Below, piece by piece: positions 27,146 to 34,300 of a stretch of 34,300 nt of DNA; position 1 is the stretch's first letter, and every line of letters begins with the position of its first letter. Source of the stretch: a virus. Its lineage: Duplodnaviria > Caudoviricetes. A program made the translations under genes and the position numbers. The stretch covers positions 1 to 34,300 of IMG/VR virus record IMGVR_UViG_3300011337_000588, one strand, 5' to 3'. The notes below the pieces were generated by a model. It made no database searches. It was not told the DNA's origin and saw only the letters and a program-made list of their open reading frames with translations.

Positions 27146-27471
27146 TTACCCAATCAATAGGGGCAAGCCCCGCCTCATCCTTTACCTTTTCCGGCCCCTT
27201 CAGCATTGGGGAAGCGGAAAGCTACTCGGTTCAAATTAACTTTAGTGGAGTAGATGTTGCGGGAACCTTAATTTTACAGGCCAGCAACGACTCCACAAAT
27301 TGGGTGGATATCGCTACTACTTCAACGGCTGTAACGGCCAGTGCTTCCGCTTTATTCTCGGAAGGATCGGCTCAATGGCTTTATTTGCGGGTCAAATGGA
27401 CCTATACTTCCGGGACCGGAAATCTTAGTGGCTTGGTAGTGGCTAAACAACCGGAACGCTTCAACAGGTAG
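27142..27471 (+). CDS. Small beta-rich structural protein
   Basis: LQASNDxxNW and YLRVKW jelly-roll-like motifs. Confidence 0.6.
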   Translation: MITQSIGASPASSFTFSGPFSIGEAESYSVQINFSGVDVAGTLILQASNDSTNWVDIATTSTAVTASASALFSEGSAQWLYLRVKWTYTSGTGNLSGLVVAKQPERFNR

Positions 27472-27478
27472 TCTATTT

Positions 27479-27856
27479 ATGGCTTTTATCCAAACAGGCG
27501 CGGGTGGGATTGGCAATGGTGCTCAATCGATTGACGGCGTTAAAACTTTCAACGATTTGCCAGTTTTACCAAATTTGCCGGTTGCCGATGAGCAGGCCGC
27601 AAATAAACTTTACGTTGATACGACAGCCGGTGGCGGTGCTGGTAGCATTGCAAAAAGGGTGGCCAATTGGACAGAAGGCACTCAATTTACAATCACTCAT
27701 AATCTCAATACCTTAGACGTATTTATAATCGTCAGGGATATTTCCAGCGGCGATATTGTGATGATGCCTATGGCCGTTGTCGATGAGAATAGCGTCATCC
27801 TTGAATCGAGCGAAACGCCACCTATGGGTGGGTGGCGCGTAGTTGTAATGGGTTAA
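27479..27856 (+). CDS. Small fibre-associated protein (THNL domain)
   Basis: QSIDGVKTF and AANKLYVD fibre motifs; C-terminal ITHNLNTLDV domain. Confidence 0.65.
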   Translation: MAFIQTGAGGIGNGAQSIDGVKTFNDLPVLPNLPVADEQAANKLYVDTTAGGGAGSIAKRVANWTEGTQFTITHNLNTLDVFIIVRDISSGDIVMMPMAVVDENSVILESSETPPMGGWRVVVMG

Positions 27857-27874
27857 TTTTTAGGGAGTATCACG

Positions 27875-28591
27875 ATGCCAGCAGTACCAGCTCCAATGAG
27901 AATGTTTGGTTCTTTTCAAAAACTCGTTTCAATCCTTTTTGCTAAAGATGGTTTTAGTCAATCGCTGAAACCAAACGTAGCTACCACTTACACCGCTGAC
28001 GTTATTGTTCAATTGCCAGCGGTTGACGTTGATTGCGTTTTGCTGTCACGCGGCGAAGCCGATACCAGTTACCAGCCGCTTGCGCCTGAACTGACTGCGA
28101 TTGCTGGCATTGCCGGACCCGGATTTATTGTTAACGACGGTGCTTTTGGTGCGTTTGCTCGCACAATCGAAGCCGCTGCTGACGCTGGTCTTAGTGTTGC
28201 CAACGGCAACGGCGCAGCCGGAAACGCAAGTTTGTCACTCTCGCTTGCAAACTTGCAGTCTGAAACTGCAACTTTGTCTGACAAAATGATTTTCGGCGAT
28301 GTCTCTGCATCGGATGCTCCTAAGTATTTGACCATTCAGGACTTGGCCGATCTTGTCGGACCGGGAGCGTATGGTTACGCCGAAACTTGGGATAACGGCA
28401 CAAATTCGGTTGTTGTTCAGCATGATCTTGGTTCTTTGGATGTCATGGTTCAGCTCTATGATGTCGCAAGCAAAGACACAATCATGATTGACCAGATTTA
28501 CCGCGTTGACGCTAACAACATTCAATTGTTGGCTTCAGAAATACCGCCTGCTGGTACGGGCTGGCGCGTTTTGGTTCAAAAAGTAGCCTAA
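27875..28591 (+). CDS. Fibre-associated protein (shares domains with both neighbours)
   Basis: YQPL..ELTAIAG fibre motif; C-terminal VQHDLGSLDV domain. Confidence 0.65.
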   Translation: MPAVPAPMRMFGSFQKLVSILFAKDGFSQSLKPNVATTYTADVIVQLPAVDVDCVLLSRGEADTSYQPLAPELTAIAGIAGPGFIVNDGAFGAFARTIEAAADAGLSVANGNGAAGNASLSLSLANLQSETATLSDKMIFGDVSASDAPKYLTIQDLADLVGPGAYGYAETWDNGTNSVVVQHDLGSLDVMVQLYDVASKDTIMIDQIYRVDANNIQLLASEIPPAGTGWRVLVQKVA

Positions 28592-28616
28592 TTAAACCTC
28601 GCCGGGAGTAAGTGGG

Positions 28617-29075
28617 ATGAAGTTTTTTGGTCAAATTAAACGGTTTACGTCTTTGATATTTCGCGATGTTGAAGACGCAAAGGACATAACTTTACAGTTT
28701 GATCCAAACACCGTTTATACGGCCAATAGAGTCATCTCACTTCCTCCCGGCGACCAGAACATGGTCTTGATGCCTTACCCTGTCGCAGGGGTAACGGCTA
28801 ACACCGTTCCTTACTTTAGCGACACCACCGGCAATTTGCTCGCAAGCTCAACAACTTCCACGGAACTTGGTTATGTCCACGGCGTAACATCTTCCATTCA
28901 GGACCAACTAAACAATGCAGGCGGCGGAAGTTTCCCCTTATACACAACCGCTCAAAGGGATGCCCTAACTCCAGCCGCTGGCATGGTTATCTACAACACG
29001 ACAACAAATAGATTCCAAGGCTACTGTGCAGGTTCAGTGGCGGCATGGGTAAACCTTCATGGTTGGGGTGCGTAA
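28617..29075 (+). CDS. Short tail fibre-like protein
   Basis: TSTELGYVHGVTSSIQDQLN and TTAQRDAL..AAGMVIYNTTT fibre motifs. Confidence 0.7.
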   Translation: MKFFGQIKRFTSLIFRDVEDAKDITLQFDPNTVYTANRVISLPPGDQNMVLMPYPVAGVTANTVPYFSDTTGNLLASSTTSTELGYVHGVTSSIQDQLNNAGGGSFPLYTTAQRDALTPAAGMVIYNTTTNRFQGYCAGSVAAWVNLHGWGA

Positions 29076-29407
29076 TGAAAGAAGACGTAAAAGAGCTTGG
29101 CGAGCTAGTTGTCTTTGTCGGTAAGGCAGGCTCGGTCATTAACGCAATTATGGCAGACGGCAAAGTGGGCATTACGGATCTTCCAAAACTCTTGGGACTT
29201 GTCCCATACTTTCCATCGGCCTTTACGGGCATGGAAAAGATTCCGGCGGAACTCTCTGACTTGGACTCGCAGGAAGCTCTTTACTTGGTCGATTTGTTTA
29301 TCTCAGAATTTAAGCTTAGCTCGAAAGAATCCGAAGAAAAAATCAATGAGATCCTCAAGGGGCTTATTGAACTGTACAAGTTCTTCGGTGGGCTGAAGGG
29401 TCTCTGA
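29075..29407 (+). CDS. Hypothetical protein
   Basis: TAATG coupling; ADGKVGITD motif. Confidence 0.65.
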   Translation: MKEDVKELGELVVFVGKAGSVINAIMADGKVGITDLPKLLGLVPYFPSAFTGMEKIPAELSDLDSQEALYLVDLFISEFKLSSKESEEKINEILKGLIELYKFFGGLKGL

Positions 29408-29415
29408 AAAGCAAA

Positions 29416-29443
29416 GGACCCGGCGGGTCAAGCCACCGGGTCC
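29416..29443. terminator. Hairpin between convergent operons
   Basis: GGACCCGG/CCGGGTCC inverted repeat. Confidence 0.55.
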
Positions 29444-29498
29444 CACGCGCTGAGATTTGTTAGTACAAAGATAGTACCACTCTAGCAAGCGATTTAAT

Positions 29499-30299
29499 TT
29501 ATTCTACCGATCCCGCCACGATGTATCCAGCTTCCTCGCCAATTTTAGCGCAGCCAAACGGAACCAGTGAATAACCCTTATCGCCCCATTCTTCTCCCCA
29601 CGAATTAGCCATGATCCACTTGTCTTTGTCGGTCCACCCTACGAGTGTAACCATGTGATTTGTCGTCTTGCTCTTGCAGGCAGACGCCGGAAGCTCACCA
29701 GAGGTTCCGCCCCAACCATTGCCAGCGGCGACGGTCACGAATGAACTACCGTAATTATATATGGCGATTTTAATTTCTTCAGCCGTAGGCGACTTGTTAG
29801 CCGATCCAAGCAGCTTAACTTCAGCGGCCTTGGCATACTTGGGGGTTTTCTTACACTTCAGGTTAGACGCTTTGTACGGCCAGTGAGCCTCGTCGGTGAT
29901 CCCTGAGAGAAGGAAGTTAGCCGACTCCATGTAACCGCCGGAACACTTGGCGGCGTCCTTAGCGCAGGACACCATGTCTTGCTCGCTCAGGTCGAGAGGC
30001 TCGCCCTTTTGCTTGGACAGGTTAATTTCTAGGGCGCGAGTAGATGCAAAGGCCCAACATGAGCCGCAAGCTCCTTGGTCACGGATCGGCGGGTGCTTAA
30101 TAAATTTACGGGAATCATAATCAGCCGGAAGGTGATCGGCGGGAAGCTCTGCCATGGCATACTCAATCGGCTCGGCTGCTTTGGTGTGTCCCAAATATCC
30201 CGTAGCTTTGGGTCCGGCGATGGTGTCAATAACTTGGCGGTTATCACCCAAGGCAACGGTTGACGCCAAGAGCAAACAGAAAGACAGATATTTCAGCAT
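29499..30299 (-). CDS. Secreted papain-like (C1A) cysteine protease
   Basis: Signal peptide; QGACGSCWAF, NHMV and NSWG catalytic motifs; LSEQDMVSC. Confidence 0.92.
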   Translation of the reverse strand: MLKYLSFCLLLASTVALGDNRQVIDTIAGPKATGYLGHTKAAEPIEYAMAELPADHLPADYDSRKFIKHPPIRDQGACGSCWAFASTRALEINLSKQKGEPLDLSEQDMVSCAKDAAKCSGGYMESANFLLSGITDEAHWPYKASNLKCKKTPKYAKAAEVKLLGSANKSPTAEEIKIAIYNYGSSFVTVAAGNGWGGTSGELPASACKSKTTNHMVTLVGWTDKDKWIMANSWGEEWGDKGYSLVPFGCAKIGEEAGYIVAGSVE

Positions 30300-30365
30300 A
30301 AGTGAGTTACCCCGGTGAATGTTAAAGATAAAATCTTACTAACATTCACTAGGGATTCAAGGGGT

Positions 30366-30551
30366 TTATTCTTTGTGCAGGCGGTCCAGCAAAGCCTGAA
30401 GGCGGGTCAGATCATTTGCTTTTCGGGCTTCTTGCATAGCTCCAAGGCATTCCTTGGCAAGGGCCGGATTCTTATTACGCAGTTTTACAATTAATTTAAT
30501 AATTTCGATGCAGACGGAAATGATTGTGAAAATAAGCATCACACCACCCAT
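30366..30551 (-). CDS. Small membrane-anchored protein
   Basis: N-terminal TM helix. Confidence 0.55.
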   Translation of the reverse strand: MGGVMLIFTIISVCIEIIKLIVKLRNKNPALAKECLGAMQEARKANDLTRLQALLDRLHKE

Positions 30552-30555
30552 GCTA

Positions 30556-30978
30556 CTAATCCCCTTTAAGACGTTGTTTTAGCTGATACGTTCTAGCTAC
30601 AGCCTTGTCGGCGATACCTGAGTACAGTTGCCGGTCAGCCTCTCTAGGCAAATCCTTGCAGAGATCCTCTAAGGCAAGGATAAGCTCTCTCTCCATGGCA
30701 AGCATGGCCGACCACAGCTTGTCGTTTTCCTTGTCGGGAAGAACCATAACTAGGTCGGCGGCCTCGCCCCAATAGTTAAGGCTAAGGACATCTGCCCCGA
30801 AAAGGCCGATGAGCCTCTCGCTTGCGGCGTCCGCGTCAAGTTGTACGGCATCGTAAAAATTGGCGGCGGCCCCGTGATCGGAAAAGAAGGAACAACCAAC
30901 AACCTGATGATGGGTGTGAATGTAACCCATCTGGAGTGCCCGAAGTTTAACCACTATCTGGTATGCTTTAACTTTCAT
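30556..30978 (-). CDS. Dps/ferritin-like protein
   Basis: HTHHQVVG..FFSDH...FYD...AD...ERLIG follows the Dps ferroxidase helix pattern. Confidence 0.65.
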   Translation of the reverse strand: MKVKAYQIVVKLRALQMGYIHTHHQVVGCSFFSDHGAAANFYDAVQLDADAASERLIGLFGADVLSLNYWGEAADLVMVLPDKENDKLWSAMLAMERELILALEDLCKDLPREADRQLYSGIADKAVARTYQLKQRLKGD

Positions 30979-31184
30979 TCCGGTCCATCTTCCTCTGCTA
31001 AAAGCATTTTCTGAACTAGTTTAGCCATGCGCTTCATTTTGAGCCGTAAACGCCATTTGAAGAAAGGCCCGGCAAACATCCGGCGGCGGTCCTTCAGCTC
31101 GTCAAATTCGCCGTAAAGGGCCTCTACGACGACTTTTCTAACACGCCACGAATCACAGTCACGGTATATACGAAAATGGATCAT
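30975..31184 (-). CDS. Hypothetical protein
   Basis: GAGGT RBS; ATGA coupling. Confidence 0.6.
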   Translation of the reverse strand: MIHFRIYRDCDSWRVRKVVVEALYGEFDELKDRRRMFAGPFFKWRLRLKMKRMAKLVQKMLLAEEDGPE

Positions 31185-31228
31185 TTTTACCTCGTCTGCT
31201 TAGGTGTAAGTAACGCCTATGGGTGAGG

Positions 31229-31375
31229 TTACATGGGAGATCCATCCTCCTCCAATTTCTCGTAACAGTACCAGCAGGTGGCCGGGTTGCAATCCCCCAT
31301 GTTGTGGCGGAACTGGTCATTGAAGTGCCTAAACATACTTATGTTTTCTGATTCATATTTATATTTAAGTAGCAT
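31229..31375 (-). CDS. 48-aa protein with an H-x4-C-x4-CxxC cluster
   Basis: Below the ORF-track cutoff; GGGAG RBS; MLLKYKYESENISMFRHFNDQFRHNMGDCNPATCWYCYEKLEEDGSPM. Confidence 0.5.
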   Translation of the reverse strand: MLLKYKYESENISMFRHFNDQFRHNMGDCNPATCWYCYEKLEEDGSPM

Positions 31376-31445
31376 AATAACTCCCACTTTTTGTAAGAGT
31401 ATAAGGTAATATAGTCTTTAAGTATATATTATCTATTAGTTACCA

Positions 31446-31682
31446 TTATCCATTTTCTTTCCCTTCGCCGGAACCGTTACCTCGACGCGTTCCTATGCCG
31501 TCGCCGTAACCATTTCCAACGACTTCGCCCCAACCGTAGCTGCCGCCTGCGCCAGAACCGGAACCGTGGCCGTTGCCGTTGCCGTGGTCGTAGCCAGAAC
31601 CGTCGCCGCCGCCGTAGCCGGTACCATCGAAGTAGTTAGAGCCGGAACCATCGCCAGTGCCTTTTCCGTAATCCTTATCCAT
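31446..31682 (-). CDS. Gly-rich protein 3 (78 aa)
   Basis: MDKDYGKG...; start lies within the ATGGATAA overlap. Confidence 0.65.
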   Translation of the reverse strand: MDKDYGKGTGDGSGSNYFDGTGYGGGDGSGYDHGNGNGHGSGSGAGGSYGWGEVVGNGYGDGIGTRRGNGSGEGKENG

Positions 31683-31896
31683 TCCCGCTCTCATCACAAT
31701 TGCCATAGCCGTAGTCGTTACCGAAATATGCGCCCTTACCTTCACCACAAAATTTTTCGCGAAGATTACCGCTTCCACAAGCGCATCCCATTCCATAATT
31801 ATTTAGTGATGAGGCCCCGTATCCAAATCCTTCTACAGATCCATAGCCAGTTATAACGCCGCTGCCGGTGCCGCAATACCTGTAATCTTTAACCAT
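31675..31896 (-). CDS. Gly-rich protein 2 (73 aa)
   Basis: MVKDYRYCG...; start lies within the ATGGTTAA overlap. Confidence 0.65.
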   Translation of the reverse strand: MVKDYRYCGTGSGVITGYGSVEGFGYGASSLNNYGMGCACGSGNLREKFCGEGKGAYFGNDYGYGNCDESGNG

Positions 31897-32125
31897 TCCC
31901 GTTTTCCTTGTGATTGCCGTAACCAGTACCGTACCCGGAACCGCTTTCGCAAAACCCGTAAGGAATCCCGTAACCGGAACCATGCCCACAATTTAATCCG
32001 GAACCGGAACCGTATCCGTTTCCATGTCCGTTATGTTTACGATTGCTGTCGCCTCGGCCATTTCCCATGCCAGTTTGGTCGCTGTTTCCGCATCCTGAAC
32101 TAAAACCGCAACCTAAGCCGACCAT
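31889..32125 (-). CDS. Gly-rich protein 1 (78 aa)
   Basis: GxG repeats; overlaps the 3' end of the upstream gene. Confidence 0.65.
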   Translation of the reverse strand: MVGLGCGFSSGCGNSDQTGMGNGRGDSNRKHNGHGNGYGSGSGLNCGHGSGYGIPYGFCESGSGYGTGYGNHKENGNG

Positions 32126-32454
32126 ACCGGAACCGAGTTAATTGATTTTCTTGCTTCTTCCGTTACTTGCAAAATTTCGCATACACCAAAAATTTCGTGA
32201 TCTTCCACAGCAACAGGGAACTTACACTCGCCCGGATTCTTAACGCCCTTTACGGAAAGCTCCGACAAGCTCGCGGCCCCGCTCCAGTACCAGAGACGGC
32301 GCGACGAATACATCAAGACAGTATTTCCTTTACGCTCGCCCAGTTCACCAAAGAACACGCCAGCCTCGGCGGAACGAACAATTACCCACGGGTGCTCGCT
32401 CTTTTCTTTTTCCGCGTGATACCGAACGCCGTTCACCAAAATGATGTCATCCAT
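32113..32454 (-). CDS. DUF6948-like phage protein
   Basis: VIVRS..AGVFFG...RRLWYWSGAASLSELS..GV...CKF; GAGGAG RBS before ATG 32454. Confidence 0.7.
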   Translation of the reverse strand: MDDIILVNGVRYHAEKEKSEHPWVIVRSAEAGVFFGELGERKGNTVLMYSSRRLWYWSGAASLSELSVKGVKNPGECKFPVAVEDHEIFGVCEILQVTEEARKSINSVPVWSA

Positions 32455-32455
32455 T

Positions 32456-32614
32456 TTATTTCTCCTCGGTCTGCAAGACGATTTCGCCGTCAAAGTAAAA
32501 TCCCGCACCGCGCAGGAACTCCGTAAACCTCTGCAAAACTTCGACCAAGTTGGATGCCTCGATTTGGGTTTCTGTTATGAAACTTTGTTCTTCTGCACAA
32601 AAAGTCATTTTCAT
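32456..32614 (-). CDS. Small hypothetical protein (FLRGAGF motif)
   Basis: GGAG RBS; ATGA overlap. Confidence 0.6.
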   Translation of the reverse strand: MKMTFCAEEQSFITETQIEASNLVEVLQRFTEFLRGAGFYFDGEIVLQTEEK

Positions 32615-33105
32615 GTTGTCTCCAGTAACGAGTAAAAAGGTTCCAGCTCTCGGTATCTCAAATTGAAACAATCTATTGTAAAAACAAAATCACCGTCTCT
32701 ATCCCCCTTGTTGGCTTTTCGAGACAGGTCTTTGAAGTCGTTTACATCCATCCATCCCATGAGCCAGCCAAAGTCATACGATTTCAGTACCCTTGCAAAA
32801 ACGTAACGGTCAGCTCTTTGCTTTGCGTTGTATGCGGCCACATGACAATTAAAATCTAAACTTGGGAACACCGTGGTCTGGACTGTTTTGATTTCTATTT
32901 TTGATCCAAGATAATTGATGTCGTGCTGATAGGTGTTTTCCGAAAAGGAGCCGGGAAATGTCTTTAAGAACATTTCTTCTCCAAGGAACCCGGCTAGGTT
33001 GCCCTTCCCTCCAAGGATTGAATGTTTCAACGAACCAAGGTCGTCTGCCTTACGCTTGGCCCGTTGAAGCATTTCATCGTCAATCAAAACCTCAACGGCA
33101 AACAA
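32611..33105 (-). CDS. PD-(D/E)xK-like nuclease-fold protein
   Basis: GFLGE...HDI...IEIKT motif arrangement. Confidence 0.55.
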   Translation of the reverse strand: MFAVEVLIDDEMLQRAKRKADDLGSLKHSILGGKGNLAGFLGEEMFLKTFPGSFSENTYQHDINYLGSKIEIKTVQTTVFPSLDFNCHVAAYNAKQRADRYVFARVLKSYDFGWLMGWMDVNDFKDLSRKANKGDRDGDFVFTIDCFNLRYRELEPFYSLLETT

Positions 33106-33339
33106 TTAATCCATCACTGTCTGAAGTGAGATTTCAGGTGCAGCCGGGGCATATATATTTAGCTCGCGGCCATTAACCTCAACGTGAGTAAAGTCTGTGT
33201 CGGGAGAAGGGAAGGTGTAGCCAGATATCCCGGCCCCTTCTACGATTTCGACGTCCCCAATACGGCCATTAATTACTTGACTGCCCTTCGGTGCCGTCAG
33301 CAGGCTCGCCGCCACTATCGTGCTCAGGATTGTCGCCAT
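33106..33339 (-). CDS. Small protein with a signal-like N-terminus
   Basis: TTGGAGG RBS. Confidence 0.6.
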   Translation of the reverse strand: MATILSTIVAASLLTAPKGSQVINGRIGDVEIVEGAGISGYTFPSPDTDFTHVEVNGRELNIYAPAAPEISLQTVMD

Positions 33340-33517
33340 TTGTCTTTTCCTCCAAAAAAGAATTACTTACGTTAATGTTTTTCACTTCTCGAAAAAACTC
33401 TATGATTTTTTCTTTCATGATTTCTTCGTCATACTCGCAGTCAAGCACAACGTCCGGACCATATTTATCGAGCACCCACTTAGTCCAAGCCTTAAATTCT
33501 TTTTTGGTTGCCTTCAC
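33269..33517 (-). CDS. Hypothetical protein
   Basis: AGGGGGG RBS before GTG 33517. Confidence 0.55.
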   Translation of the reverse strand: MKATKKEFKAWTKWVLDKYGPDVVLDCEYDEEIMKEKIIEFFREVKNINVSNSFLEEKTNGDNPEHDSGGEPADGTEGQSSN

Positions 33518-34274
33518 CGTTTTTTCCCCCCTGCACAAAATAATTCACAATCTCAGCTCCAGACATCCCGGCAAACTCATCAATAACTACTGATTCCAGT
33601 GGAAGTTGATTGGCCTCTACTTGTTTGTAGAACCATTCCTTTTGAGCAGCAACGGAAGGGTCGAAGCCCACTGCAACTTTCTGAACGGTTGGCTTTGTTT
33701 CTGCCTCGCCTGCCGGAATAGCTTTGCTAGGTTCCACCTTAACCTCAACCACTTCACCATCTTCATTTACATTTGCTCCCAATTCTTCCGCTGTATATGA
33801 AACGCCAGCCACGCAATCGGGGAAAAGACTACGAGCAAGCTCAGAAATGCAGCGACTTCTAAGCATTGCCCGGGGGTACTTCCTCCAGTTCTCTTTCGTG
33901 TCAAGGCCAGCGGCCTTGGCGTCTGCCATAGAAAACGAAAACGTGCTCGGCTCGCCGCCGGGACGACTTGCTTTGATTGTGCATTTCTCATTCGTTACCT
34001 CAAGATACTGAATCTTTGTGCCGGGACAATTCTTAAAGATCATCGCCAACATGACTTCAGCCGACATCGTGGGCTTGCCTTGGATGATAACGATGTGTGC
34101 ACAGCTATACATCGGCGGCAAACCAAGCTCGCGGCCCTTAAGGATCACGGCCAGAAATTGCTCGGGCGACTTAATACTTGAAGGGATAAAGCCCGACTTC
34201 AGCAGCTCGGCCCCCTGCTTTTTCATCACGTCCCAAGCCCCTTGTGAGGGGAGCAATTCGTTTAGGGATATCAT
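33492..34274 (-). CDS. RecT-like single-strand annealing recombinase
   Basis: GRELGLPPM...IQGKPTMSAE and NWRKYPRAMLRSRC...RSLFPD...G.Y..EE motifs. Confidence 0.75.
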   Translation of the reverse strand: MISLNELLPSQGAWDVMKKQGAELLKSGFIPSSIKSPEQFLAVILKGRELGLPPMYSCAHIVIIQGKPTMSAEVMLAMIFKNCPGTKIQYLEVTNEKCTIKASRPGGEPSTFSFSMADAKAAGLDTKENWRKYPRAMLRSRCISELARSLFPDCVAGVSYTAEELGANVNEDGEVVEVKVEPSKAIPAGEAETKPTVQKVAVGFDPSVAAQKEWFYKQVEANQLPLESVVIDEFAGMSGAEIVNYFVQGGKNGEGNQKRI

Positions 34275-34300
34275 TTAATCTTGATCCTTTCCGAGCACAC

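Noticed and set aside
33007-33016. CCCTCCAAGG match to the sRNA seed inside the nuclease-like gene
   Set aside because: Encodes ILGG in frame, with no nearby start codon; probably chance.

Overview
About 34 kb of a tailed dsDNA phage genome with podovirus-like gene content; no integrase or host genes are visible. The left part (1-4.6 kb) holds an M15 peptidase, a RuvC-like resolvase, ArdC and a series of small minus-strand 'early' genes. Four of these early genes have a near-identical TTGACA-N17-TA[CG]TA[AT] promoter and share a 5' leader/RBS (GCCTTGGAGGG[C]); a fifth gene has a partial copy. The middle (5-29.4 kb, + strand) is the morphogenesis operon: terminase, scaffold, major capsid, long tail fibre, lipoprotein, tail adaptor/nozzle-like proteins, a portal placed unusually late, ejection-type proteins and small fibre-like proteins. 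The right part (29.5-34.3 kb, - strand) holds a RecT-like recombinase, a PD-(D/E)xK-like nuclease, a DUF6948-like protein with three tandem Gly-rich proteins, a Dps/ferritin-like protein and a secreted papain-like protease. The most notable signal is an unannotated ~68-nt sRNA candidate (1053-1120) with its own promoter and terminator. Its hairpin loop (GCCCUCCAAG) is complementary to the shared RBS of the early genes, which suggests a one-sRNA, many-target anti-Shine-Dalgarno regulon. Next to it lies a ~550-nt, densely base-paired region that may be a large structured ncRNA. All product calls come from motif recognition by eye; no searches were run.
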